From positions 103,976,001-104,040,000 of the forward strand of contig NC_087437.1 of the NCBI RefSeq assembly GCF_036321535.1: DNA of 64,000 nt, in the 5' to 3' direction. The notes under the pieces are model-generated. The model ran no database searches. It worked only from the letters and a program-made list of their open reading frames with translations, and was not told the origin of the DNA. The position numbers and the translations under genes were made by a program. This document shows positions 50,831-63,849 of this stretch, piece after piece; the stretch's first letter is position 1; every line of letters begins with the position of its first letter. This DNA comes from Camelus dromedarius. Taxonomy: Eukaryota.

Positions 50831-53319
50831 CTCATGAACTCATTTAAGCCAACTCATTTCATTTTTGAACGGTTACGAACTTTGTAAGAATAAAGCACAT
50901 TTAATTTTAAGCAAAGCCTACCAATTAGTCTTAGTCCTGAATCTGGAGCTATGCCAGGCAATTGTCCATTACAAGCAATATGTCTTCAAGCATTTGAAAA
51001 TGTATTCCACATTATGCACCTTGTTTTTCCCTCATTGCCTTTACACCCCAATATCCTGCTTATTTTCCTCCTCAATGCACTCTGCCTTAATATTGTATCC
51101 ATCATAATCGACACCAAGAACTGAACAAAATCCTCTAGCTATGGAGAGTAAATCTGCATTAGAATGCAAGAGGGAATCTAATACTTCTGAAATGACACCA
51201 TTTCTTTTTGCAGTATGGATTTACAGATATCTGTGCAGTCATATCAATTTCCATTCTTAAAGTTGTGTTAAACTAGCACATCTCTTGATATTGAAATATA
51301 TTCTTCAAATTTCTTATATAAAATACTATCAAGTCCAACCAGTGTGGTTAACTGGATATATTTTTCCTCAAATGAACTATTTTACATCTATTCATTTTAA
51401 TTGTTTGAACCCATTACTCAGATCTTTAAGATTTTTATACATTCATTTTTAATTTTATCCTTTCTCATTTAATCTTTTCCTCTTATCTTTATATTTTCTA
51501 ACATATAAATAATTCTGAATTCACAACAAGAGTGTGACTACAATCTATACTTCAAGTTTACCTTCTGCATAATATTTATCAGCTATATTACAATAAACGA
51601 AGTGCAACTTTAATCTGATCATATCCATTTTAGCACATTAACTATTTTGAAGTATCCTATATAATTAAGATAAATTTATATGTATGTGTGTATCACTTTA
51701 TAAACATAACCATTTCAAAATAGTGTATGGTAAAACTGTTATATACTACATGTGTATTTCAGTGAGTCTTTGCTAGATCCTAGTAATCACCTCTTTTTCT
51801 AAGCATTTAAATAATTTATTTTAGCATATACATCATATTAAGTAATGCTCTGAAGAATCTGCTGTGTTCTACCCTCTGCGGAATATTTTCCTGTTCATAT
51901 TTTAGCTAGGTAAACAATACTCTACAATTAATATATTACACACAGGCTTGCAGGATGCCTCTCTGTAAGTTACTTGATGTACTGAAAGCGGGGTTAATTT
52001 TCATTAGGAAACATCACTTACAGCAGTGATGTAAATTCTTACTGAATTTTTTCTTGAATACTTCATTATGATTTTTAGACATAAAAATTCTCTTCAGATT
52101 TCAAATAGCTCCCCATTGAAGGCATTCACAGTAAGTTGAGAATTTCTGTAGCAATATGTCCTTGGTGGGTACAGTATATTCTTCTCAAACATTAATTATT
52201 TATAATAACAAATTATATTGATGAATGTGCTGTGCTGTCTTTATTTCAAAGATTCATTAATCCTAAAATATTTTTGTTGTATGTAGTATATTTTCTGGCA
52301 ATTCTAGTCCGAGTTTTCTAACATTGCACTATCATATATGAACTCATGTCAAATAATTCGCACATATCCAAAATTCCTCTTTCAATCATCTGAGCTCATT
52401 AGCCACTTTGTTTTGCCATGATGAATGTTAGAGTCTCTGAAACTTTAAAATAATGAGAGAATCCTAAATTGAATCCTTAGTTGGATAGTCAGATTTTTGT
52501 GAAGAGGTATTAGCTCTTGTATTTCTATTACCACCACTGCTCCAATCTGGTCCTATCTTACATTGTCAACATATGGTTATTGGATGATGAAACAGGGGAA
52601 AAAAGCAGATCAACAAAACATAACTGCTGCAAACATACACATGTTACATGTGCACACAGACTGTTGCACAAATAAGATGACAAGTAAGGTAAAAAATCAT
52701 TTTTTAAGAAAAAGATTATTCGCATCTCTAGGGAAAACTTTAGAAGTTGCCTGGTTGTTCAAAAAAAAGTCATGAAACCTTTAAAACATTGAAAAGGAGG
52801 CAATATGGATTTCTCCTCTTTGTAGTGGGTTTTTCTTATCTTCTAAGACTTTTTCGACCTTTCTCAATTTCTTTTAACCACTAATGAGGTTCAGACATTG
52901 CTGTAGTACATTTTTACTTGCCAAATTGACTCACTTTTTAAACCGTCTTTAGAATTCAAATAAAACTTGCTATTCTGATGAGTCTGGCTAAATGTTATTC
53001 CTTATGTATCAGTAAAACACATTTATAAATCATGTCAAAGATGTGCCTGTTCTCTATACAACTGCTAAATATCCTATTATTAGTGATTTTTATGCTTATT
53101 TTAGATTCCTTAAGAAGGGTTTCTTGTTATATTTGAAATAACCTAGGTTGGTATTTAAAAGTTTTATGGGGCCAAATACGTACCATTTAAGAAAAATTTA
53201 CTAGTTGTCCAGAAATGGCTCTATTTGAGGTGAGGAAAATGTGTCTCTGCCATGTCATGTCATGTCACAGAATCTGTCGTTCCTACATGTTCCGTACACT
53301 GTAGACTCATAGGACATTT

Positions 53320-53505
53320 AGTATAGGAGGGCATCCAGACTTCTCAGTCTGACAGATGTGTGTTCAAACCTTTTCTCTGTCATATATTAGCTCTGGTATA
53401 GTTATCAATTCATTGTAAGATGAAGCTGTATCTTGCTCACTAAATTTTGGGAATCAAATGATATGTATATCAAAAACTTGGCATTTAATTTGCTTTAAAT
53501 TACCA
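53320..53505 (+). mobile_element. MIR
   Basis: AGTCTGACAGATGTGTGTTCAAACC..TCTGTCA..TATTAGCT..TGTAAGATG..GAATCAAATGA.. Confidence 0.6.
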
Positions 53506-53583
53506 TTTTTTCCTATTTTCTAGACAAAAATGGACAAACATTTCCCTCTCCCTCTCACAGAAATGGAAACTCATTTTCCTTTC

Positions 53584-54186
53584 TATATTAGTCTCCTAGG
53601 GCTGCCGTAACCAAGTACTACAAACTGGGTAGTTTGAAACAACTCAGATTTGTCCTCTCAATGTTCCAGAGGCTTGAAGTCTGAAAGCAAGGTGCTGACA
53701 GCGTCGTGCTCCCTCCCAAGTCTCCAGGGGAAAATCTGTTCTGTGCCTTTCTCTTGGCTTCTGGTGTCACTGCAATACTTGGCTTGCTCTGGCTGACGGT
53801 GATGCAGCTCCAGTCTCTGCCTAAGTCTTCACAGGCCGTTTCCCCATCTAGGCCTGTGTCTGTTTACACGTGGCTTTCCTTCTTATAAGGACGTCAGTCA
53901 CACTGGACTGAGACCCACACTAATGACATCGTCTTAACTTGATTACTCTGTAGAGATATTTTTATTTTTATTTTTTAACACGTTTATTGTGGTGTGGTTC
54001 CTGTACAGGAAACTACACATATCCCAGATGTACAATTTGATGAATTTTGATAAATGTATACACCCATGAAACTACCACCATAATCAAGATAGCTAACACA
54101 TATTTTAAAATAAGGTCACATTCACAGGTACCAGGGCTTAGGACAACATATTTGGGGGGAGTGGGTACAGAGTTCAACCTGTAACA
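53584..54186 (-). mobile_element. Full MLT1C-like solo LTR carrying an L1 insertion
   Basis: TATTAGTCTCCTAGGGCTGCCGTAACCAAGTACTACAAACTGGGT..GAAGTCTGAAAGCAAGGTG..CTTATAAGGAC..TCTTAACTTGATTAC..AAATAAGGTCACATTCACAGGTAC..TTCAACCTGTAACA. Confidence 0.9.
53963..54099 (-). mobile_element. Short L1MB-type 3' end with ATATTTT TSD
   Basis: T-tract then TGTACAATTTGATGAATTTTGATAAATGTATACACCCATGAAACTACCACCATAATCAAGATA; ATATTTT at 53956-53962 and 54100-54106. Confidence 0.8.
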
Positions 54187-55309
54187 CTTTCTATTTCAAG
54201 AAATGTAATTCTATCCCAGCTAATACTGTAATCTTTCTTTTCTTCAATTTATAAACTCTCTGCACTCTGATTTAAATTAGGTAAGGTTCTAAACAATTAT
54301 AGAAATGCTGCATTTACCATTGGATCATCATATATGAAGTTTTTCAACTTTATTCATTTTTGAAGCACACAATATAAGTACCATAAATAGAAAAAAATCT
54401 TAAAAACATGATTTCAATGTCAGAGTTTATTAAGCTTCAAAATATATAAGACATATTAAGTATTATAGAAACTAAAACTCTGGCCCTTTCCATCAATTGC
54501 TGATGGAAAAAACAACAAAAGCATTCTTCCTGCTTTTATATATTGTGTCCTTTGAAGCAACAGTGAAGTGAACTGTTAAAAAGTAAATCACTCCATTGAA
54601 CTGAAAAACAAACTATGATTGGGAAAACTAATGCCTTAGGAAAGAGCAGGTTTTGTAATCTCCGCTTTCATGTCCCCTTGTGTCTTTGATAGATGACGGA
54701 AAAAGCTAAATTCTAAATAAAAACACTACGGTGACTGCAATACTGTTACTCTTTGTTTTGCATATCAGCAGAACTTTTAAAAATATTCCCCCAAATGCCT
54801 ACTAAGCAGAAAGTGACCGGACAATGAGAATTACAGCCCTATCCAATTTACCATTTTATAGTTCATTTTCTAATGACGAATGAGACTTATTGCACAGGTC
54901 TTTAATTTAGTTGGCAAAAGAAAAGAAAAAAAATGTATCCTTGGATTGCCCATAAGTTGATTGTTTTCCAAGTTTTTCAACATAAAATTAATTTTATAAT
55001 AATTCATATTTAATATACTTATCCACTTTGGCTACTTGTTTTATGTCATGTTAATAGAAACTGGTACAAGATTCATAGAGAAAAAGGTATCTTTCTGAAG
55101 AAGGCAATTCATTAATAAAGCAAAGAAGCCCTCTTGGAATGTATTGGCTGGGAAAAACAGACTCATAGCCCACCTTAATTTGAAAGGCAGGTAGTCCTAG
55201 AATATATATTCATGAACCCAAGCATGCAACTTACTTAACCATGAAATCGATATAAGAATCAAAGCAAGGTAAAGGGGATTCAGAAGTTCCAAATAGGGCA
55301 GGAGCAGGC

Positions 55310-55690
55310 GAGAATATTAAAAGAATGTAAATAGGGCAGACCACACCGAAGATAAAATCTGAGCAAAGGTAGCAAGGCACTTGGCCAAACAGAGATCCAA
55401 GTCAAGAGCTCCCCAGGCAGAATAACCAGCTGGAGTAAGTGTGCTAAAGTAGGAGTGCCTGGTCCACATGAAGGAGAACGAAGAGCCTATGGGAGGAAAA
55501 GTAAGGGGAAGAGAAGAAGAGAGCAACAGACAGATAACCGGGACCAGCTATCGCAGAGCATCCTGGACTTCGCCTGTTACTTTGAAAAGCCACCACAGGG
55601 TGCTGGGTGGGGAGGGACAGCAGCGTACTCTTTCTCTTGCCTAAAGTGGGTAATTCTGACTATGATGAGAATAAATTACAGGAAGCACTG

Positions 55691-55736
<46 letters not shown>

Positions 55737-56130
55737 CTATGTGATGCTACTGAAAGTAAAGATAGTTTACTGCACTACCAGAGTAGGTGATGAGCAGCAG
55801 TAAATTTCTGATTTATTTTTCTAGTTCTATTTTGAAGACCGCATTGGCATGACTTTGTGACAGATTAGATGTGGAGTGAGAGGGAGAAAATTCTGCGTGT
55901 GGTGTGGGAGGCAGAGAGGGAAGGGAAAAGGGAAAGTCAATGGTAATGTTATTCTAGAGTTTGAATCTCATCAAATGGAAAGATGAAATTATCAGTGGAG
56001 AGGGAGAGGAGTGTGGGTGGATTAAATGTGAGTGCATGTATGTGATTTGAGGGAGGAGAGATCCAGGAGTTCAGTCTGGGGTCAGTTAAGTTGGAGACTG
56101 TCTTCTTGTCATCCAGTCAGCAGTACCAAA
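55310..56130 (-). mobile_element. L2 fragment (contains an AC microsatellite)
   Basis: CCCAGGCAGA..GAGTGCCTGG..GCAGAGCATCCTGGAC..GATTAGATGTGG..CAAATGGAAAGATGAAATT..GATCCAGGAGTTCAGT..GTTAAGTTGGAGA. Confidence 0.75.
55695..55734. repeat. Perfect (AC)20 microsatellite
   Basis: 40 uninterrupted bases, read directly. Confidence 0.97.
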
Positions 56131-56365
56131 TGATGTCAGAATGTTGCACCTGCTTCATTTCTCTCCCTATGTCCTGACCATGGGAGACTCAGATGGGGGG
56201 CAGAGGTAGAGAAGTGTAAGGTGGGACAAGATGAGAAGGCAGAATCAATCTTTCCTTTCCTACTGCAGGTTGCAAGTGAGTCATTAGCCCAAGTTAATAT
56301 TGAGTAGAGACATAAAGTTCAAATTGGATAAGAGAAGAAAGAATTCAACTGAACTGGATTAAGCA

Positions 56366-59300
56366 GAGGGATCAAGATGGCAGAGTAGGAGGACATGGAA
56401 CTCACCTCCCCATACAAGCACATCTACAGGTAGAACACTTCTCATGGAAAACTAACTGAAAACTGGCAGAAGAACTCCTATACAACCAGAGCTACAAGGA
56501 AGATTTCCACATAACCACGTAGGATGGAAAAGACATAAGGTTTGCTCCTGAGAAAAGTCCAAAAGGAAGAGAAGATCAACACAGGTGAAAGCTAATCTTG
56601 GGGAGTGAGCAGTTTGAGCCACAGATGGGCATCCCAGTTCTGGGATCCTGTGCAGAGAAGAAAAGCCCCCAGGGCTGCTGGAAGACCTGGTGGGACAGTT
56701 AGAAAGGCTGGACAAGCCTAGACTCTACTCATAACGAGTGCATGCACTGGCATGCCAACAATAGGGCAGAGAGAGCTTTGCACTGGTGGCTACCACCTGA
56801 CTGTAGTCCCCAATCCAGATGGGATTAACACCCTAGTCCCACTCACTCCACATCACAGCCTGGTGTAAGACCTGAGCCAAATGGGCCCTGTGGAATGGCT
56901 CAGTCTAGCTACACAGAGACACACCAGGAAGCCTGGGGTGTGAGCCAGCTGGGGCAGTGGTGGCCATGGTCAATAAATGTTTGGGTGGTGGCACCACAAG
57001 AGCATGCCATGGTTCCTTTCCCACCCAGCAAAGGTACCAGCCCCTCTAACTTCACACTGCAGTTTAGTGCTGAATTTGGGGCAGACAGGCCCTGGGAGGA
57101 GACTGCCATAGAGTCAGCCTAGATCTCTGACAGGTGTGCAGCAAATTCAATTCCTACAGCCACAGTGTCCTGACCACCAGCCTCAGCCTCAGCCTAGAGT
57201 GTTCTGGCCCTGCCCACTCCATACCACAGTCTTGCACTATATATGGGACTTAAAACAAGGTAAGGGACACAAAGATGTGCTGTGTCTGAGCAGAGCCATG
57301 CATGCCTGTGCAGGCAGTACATCAATCCTCCGTGAGTGTACAGGCCTCACCTCTTTCAGCAATCCCCTCCTCTGGGACAGGGCTCCCATTCAGGAGCAAT
57401 GGAGCCTGATGAACCTCAACACTCAGGGCTTTTATTTCAACAGTTGGGGAGCAGACCCCACCCCTGACAGGGTAGTGGCAGCCACAGAGAACACGTGAAG
57501 CCCCACCTCACACCCTGCACAGGTTTTAGATCCCCCAACACCAACCACACCTCCTTTCAAGATGATATTGGCCAGCACATCCAGACGTAAAGATGTGGCT
57601 AGCATCCATATCAAAATCAGCCCTTACACCAGCAACATTGGACACACAGTATACATAGGAATGCTCCCACATAAAAATACCCTTTCAAGACCACAGTAGA
57701 TAACTGCTTATCCTAAATTCAGAGAGACAGAGAAAGTTAAGTAAAATGAAAAGGCAGAGAAACTCTTGTCAATTAAAAGAGCAAGAGAAATCTCCTGAAA
57801 GAATAGTGAAATAGAGCTCACTAGCCTTTGAGACCCTGAGTTCCAAAAGGTGGTAATAAAAATGCAAACTCAATTAAGAAAGACTATCAATAAAAATGGA
57901 GATCACTGTAATAAGGAACTAGAAGCTATAAAGATAAACCAATCAAAAATAGATAATTGCTGAGATAAAAAACAGTCTAGAAGCAATAAATAGCTGACTA
58001 AAAGGTACAGAATAAGTAAGTGATCTGAAAGCTAGAATAATGGAAATCATCCATTCAGAACAGAACAGAGACACGACAAATGGAAAAAAATTAAAAACAA
58101 CATACGAGATCTATGGGATAATATAAAACACTCCAATCTATAGACAACAGTGGTTCTGGGAAAAAGAGAGAGAAGATGATCAAAAATGCATTTGAAGTAA
58201 TTATAAAACTTTCCAAACCTAAAGAAGAAAACAGATATCCAGGTAAAGGAAGCACAGAGGGTCCCAAACAAGATAAACCCAAACAGACCCACACCAAGAC
58301 ATATTATAATCAAAATGACAAAGTTAAAGCGAGGATTCTATATGCAACAAGAGAAAAACAAAGAGTCAGTTGCAAGGAAACCCCCATAAGGCTATCAGCT
58401 AATTTCTCTGCAGAAATCTTTTCAGGCCAGAAGAGAGTGGCATGATATATCCAAGGTTCTGAAAAGTAGAAACCTGCAAACTAAATATTCTACCCAGCAA
58501 GATTATCATTCCAAACACAAGGAGAAATAAAGAATTTCTCAAACAAGAAAAAAAAGAATTCAGCAATACTAAGTCTATTGTAAACAAAAAATTGAAAGAT
58601 CTCCTCTAAAAAGAAGAAAGAATTTAAAGTATAGGGGAAAACACAACAGGAAAGGTAGACATAGAGTAGGGACTGAAGATAACTTAAATCAGCCAGTACA
58701 TAGATTAAATATCAATCAAAAACTCTAAGAGTGATTATAACTAAAATACACAGTAAAATGATAAGCATGAAGATGTAAAACAGGACATAAAATTCACAAA
58801 ATGTCAGGGAGAGTAGTAAAAATAATGTAGACCTTTTAGAAGGTGTTTGACCTTATATGACTATCAATGTAAATCAAGTAGATTTAGTTATAGATCAGCA
58901 TTCATGAACTCCATGGTAACCACAAATCAAACATACAATAAATTCATAAATAAAAAGTAACTCAAGCATACTACAAAACAATGTCAAACCACAAAAGGAA
59001 AAAGAAGAAATGAAAAAAGATAAATAAAAACAACTGGAAAACAAGGATTAAAATAATAAAATTGCACGCTAACCAATGATTACATTATACATCAACAGAC
59101 TAAATTCTCCAATCAAAAGACAGATTTGATAAAAAGAAAAAAAAGAAAGAATCTGCAATCTGCTGTTTATAAAAGACTCATTTCAGGGTGAAAGACATAC
59201 ACAGACTGAAAGATAAGGGGTGGGAAAAGGTGTTTTATGCAAATTGATAATACAATAAAGTGGGAGTAGCAATACACTTACCAGACAAAATAGACTTTAA

Positions 59301-62300
59301 AATGAAGTCCATAAAGAAAGACAAAGAACTGCATTATATAATAAAGAGATCAATACAAGAAGATATTACACTCATTATCATATGCACCTAATATAAAAGT
59401 ATCTAAATATATAAAGCAAATACTATCAGGGAGAAATTGACAATAACACAATAATAGTAGGAGACCTTAACACCAAATTGACATCAATGGGCAGATCATC
59501 CAGACAGAAAAATCAATAAGGCAACAAAGGTCCTAAATGACACAACAGATCAGTTGGATATAATTGATACCTAAAGGATACTAAATCCATGAAAAGCAGA
59601 ATACACATTCTTTTCAAGTGTCTGTGGAACATTCTCTAGTGTAGACCACATGCTAGGTCACAAAACACGCCTCAACAAATTTAAGGAGATAGAAATTTTA
59701 TCAAGCGTATTTTTTGACCACAAGGGTATGAAATTAGAAATCAACTATAGAAAGAAAAACTGAAAAAAGAACAAACACATGGAGACTAAAAATGTGCTAC
59801 TATAAAAATATTGAGTCAATGATGAAATCAAAGAAGAAATCAGAAAATACCTTGAGACAAACATAAATGAACACACATTACAGTAAATGAACATACAACA
59901 TTACAGTATCTATGAGATGCAACAAATCAGTTCTAAAGGGGAAGCTCACAGTAATACTAGTCTTCCTAAAGAAGTAAGAAAACTCTTAAACTACTTTAAC
60001 TACCATCTAAACAAATTGGAAAAAGAAGAACAAACAAAACTCAAAGTCAGTAGAAGGAAGGAAATAAAAGTTAGGAAAGAAATAGAGATCAAAAAAATAG
60101 AAAAATTAAATAAAACCAAGAGCTGATTTTCTGAAAAGATCTACACAATTGAGAAACCTCCAGCCAGGCTCATTAAGAAAAAAAGATGGAAGATACAAAT
60201 AAAATTTAGAAAATGAAAAAAGAAACAATTGATACCACAGAAATATAAAAAGTCATAAGTTAATACTATGAACAGTTATATGCCAACACATTGGACAACC
60301 TAGATTAAATGGACAAATTTAAACATAAAGCTTGCCAAGACTGAGTAAAGTAGAAACAATTTGTACAGATAAGTCATTAGAAGAGAAACAGAATTATGTA
60401 ATAAAAGAACTTCCTTCAAACAAAAGCTCAGGACAAGACAGTTTCACTGGGGAACTCTATCAAATATATAAAGAAGACATTATATCTATCCTTCTCAAAC
60501 TATTCCAAGAAATTGAAGAGGAGAGGATATTCTCAAATTCATTCCACAAGCCAGTGTTACCCTGTACCACCCCAGATAAAAACAAGAAGGACAAAGAAAA
60601 CTGTAGGTCAATGAATTTAATGAACATAGATGCAAAAGTTCTCAACACAATGTTAGCAAACCAAATTGGATAATACACACAAAGGATCATACACCATCAT
60701 TAATTTGGACTCATTCTAGGGTCACAAGGATGGTTCAACAAACATAAAAAAAAATGGATGGGATACACCACATTAACACAAAGGAAAAACAAAAACTACA
60801 TGATCATCTCAATAGATGCAGAAAAAACATTTGACAAAATCCAATATCCATTCACGACATAAACTCTCACCAAGCTGGTACAGAGAAAACATCACAACAT
60901 AATAAAACTTATTTATGACAAAGCCACAACCCACATCATGCTCAATGGTGAAAAGATGAAAGCATTCACACTAAAATCAGAAACATGGCAAGGATGCTGA
61001 CTCTCACCACTTCTATTCAACATAGCATTGGAATTCCTAGCCATAGAAATCAGAGTAAAAATAGATAAAAGATGTCTAAACTGGAAGGGAAGAGAGAAAA
61101 ATGCCACTGTTTTCAGATGACACAATACTTACATAGAGAACCCGAAGTCTCCACACAAAAGCTATTAGAATTAATAAATTAATTCAAGAAGGTAGAAGGA
61201 TACAAGATTAGCATTTTGTTCCTACACACTAATAATGAAATACCAAAAGGAGAAATTAAAAAAACAATTACCTCTAAAATCACATTAGAAAAGTACCTCA
61301 GAAGAAACCAAATGAAGGTGGGAGCCCTATATGCTGAAGACTATAAAACGTTGATACAGGAGATCAAGATAATTCAATAAATGGAAAGATATTCCGAACT
61401 CTTGGATTGGAAAAATTAATATTGTTAAAATGGCCATACTACCAAAGTAATCTACAAATTGAATGCAGTATTTATCAAAATACTCTTGATATTTTCAAAC
61501 AACTAGATGAAATAAACTTAAAATGTATATGAAACCACAAAAGACCCAGAATTGTCAAGCAATCCGGAGAAAAAAAGAACAAAGCTAGAGGTATAACCCT
61601 TTCAGACTTCAGGTTATAGTACAAAGCTACAGTAAGTCGAATCAGGGTACTACTGGCACAAAAAAAAGACACAGAGATAAACAAAATTGAGAGCCCAGAA
61701 ATAAACACATGCACCTACAGTCATATAATCTGTGACAAATTAGGTAAATATACAGTGGAGAATATCCTCTTCAGCAAGTGATGTTGGGAAAGGTGGACAA
61801 CTACATGTAAAACAATGAATTAGAACATTCCATCATACCATATACAAAAATAAACTCAAAATGCTTTGAAGACCTAAATATAAGGCATGACACCATAAAA
61901 CTCCTAGAAGTGAACATAGGTGAAACATTCTTTGATGTGAAGTTTGGCAATATTTTCTTAGATCAGTTTCCCAAGGCAAAAGAAATAAAGCAAAAATAAA
62001 CAAATAGGACCTAAACAAACATATACTCTTCTGCACAGCAGAGGAAATCATAAACAAAATGAAAAGACAACCTACTGAATAGGAGAAAGTATTTGCCAAC
62101 TATGTGACCAACAGGCGATCATATTCCAAAATATACAAACAGCTCCTACAACTCTTTATTTAAAAAAAGCATTAAAAAAAATTGGTGAAAGACTTGAATA
62201 GACATTTTTCCAAAGAAGGTATTCAAAAGCTAACAGGCGCATGAGAAGTTGCTCAACTTTGCTACTTAGAGAAATGCAAATCAAAACCACAATGCAGTAT

Positions 62301-63105
62301 CACCTCACACCAGTCAGAATGGCCATCTTCAAAAAATCTACAAATAATAAGTGCTGGAGAGGGTGTGGAGAAAAGCAAACCCTAATACATTGTTGGTGCA
62401 AGCCAGTATGGAAAACAGTACGGAGATTCCTTAAAAAAACTAAAAATTGAACTACTTGCAATAGGTCCTGCAGTTCCACTCTTGGGTATATATACATAAA
62501 AATGAAAACTCCAATTGAAAAAGATATATGAACCCCAATGTTCATAGCAGCACTATTTACAATAGCCAAGATATGGAAACTATTCAAGTGCCCATCACCA
62601 GATGATTGGCACCAGATCTTAGGAAGGTATTTTTTTACACACACACTATAACTGGTAAAGGAGATATATATAATATAATGGAGTATTACTCAGCCATAAA
62701 GAATGAGATATTGCCATTTACAGCACGATGGAAGCATCTAGAGAATATTATGCTTAGTGAAATAAGTCAGACAAAGACAAATACTTTATGGTATCACATA
62801 TATAGAAAGTTAAAAAAAATACAAATGAATCCATATTAAGAGACTCAGACACAGAAAACAAACATGTTTACTAAAGGGGAGAGGGAAGTGGGGAGGGACA
62901 ATTAGGGGTATAGACTGAACATATACAAACTACTATACATAAAATAGTTAAGCAGCAAGGAATTTCTGGATAGCACAGGGAATTATACCAAATATCTTGT
63001 AATAACCTATAATGGAATATAATCTGCACATAAAAAAGATGAATCACTATGCTATATACTTGAAACCAATACCATATTGTAGATCAGCTATATTTCAATT
63101 AGAAT
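56366..63105 (+). mobile_element. Near-full-length, inactivated LINE-1 with cetartiodactyl-type 3' UTR
   Basis: 5' start GAGGGATCAAGATGGC (YY1-like), GC-richer 5' UTR to ~57745, ORF1 relic ~57746-58610 (..KETPIRLSANFSAE..), spacer, ORF2 relic ~59050-62770 ([37 protein letters not shown]), 3' UTR TAGCACAGGGAA..ATATCTTGTAATAACCTATAATGG..GAATCACT..TTCAAT. Many stops and frameshifts. Confidence 0.97.
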
Positions 63106-63543
63106 AAATTGGGTAACTTTTTCATATCTAAAATTAACTGGAGGCTTTGCTTTAAATAGGATTAACTATGGATACAGGGAGAAGAGAGCATGCTTGAAAG
63201 CGATGCTAGAATAAGAGTACTTTTTTAGTTTATACCCCATCAAGATCAGTCGAAGTGCCAAACCACTTAAATATGTCCAACACATGCTCATTAACTATAG
63301 TAAACTATATATGCAACATGCAGACAAGTCTACTGAAGCATGGAAATAGGAATAACTGGACAGTGTGCATCTAGATGTAACTAAAATATATTGAAATATG
63401 TTTAAGTTGATGTATGTAATCTATAACATAAGCTGAACAAAAATGATTATTAAAAATAAGGCTGAAAGTACAAGTTGTGGAAATATTTTATGTGGGTGAG
63501 ATTAAAAAAAAATAGGTTTCTTAAATGCAGTAATAAGGAGTGT

Positions 63544-63790
63544 CTCCAGTGTAATGGTATTTGGAGGTGAGGTCTTTGGGCAAGTGATGAGGTCATGACA
63601 GTGGAGCCCTTAGAAAAGGGGCCGCAGAGAGTCCCATGCTCTTTTCTCCATGGGAGGACTGTGAGAAGGCTGTCCATGAATCAGGGACCAGGTTCTGACC
63701 AGACACTGAATCTGCCAGCGCCTTGATCTTGGACGTCCTAGCCTGCAGAACTGTGAGAAATTTCTACTGTGTTTGTAAGTCACCCGAGCT
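63544..63790 (+). mobile_element. MLT1A-like LTR (partial)
   Basis: ATGGTATTTGGAGGTGAGGTCTTTGGG..GGTCATGA..GGAGCCC..CAGACACTGAATCTGCCAGCGCCTTGATCTTGGAC..GAACTGTGAGAAAT. Confidence 0.85.
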
Positions 63791-63849
63791 TCTTTGATTA
63801 TCTCATCCTTTATTCACAATTGTATGCTGGGTCTATTGTGGGAGACGGC

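Noticed and set aside
52011..52032. Perfect 8-bp inverted repeat ACATCACT-N6-AGTGATGT
   Set aside because: Hairpins of this length are expected by chance in 64 kb and are too short for a miRNA or other structured RNA.
55455..55790. 111-aa ORF with a THTHTH run
   Set aside because: Translation of the (AC)20 microsatellite within an antisense L2.
56895..57614. Several overlapping 60-120 aa ORFs
   Set aside because: They lie in the GC-richer L1 5' UTR where stops are rarer; no recognisable protein.
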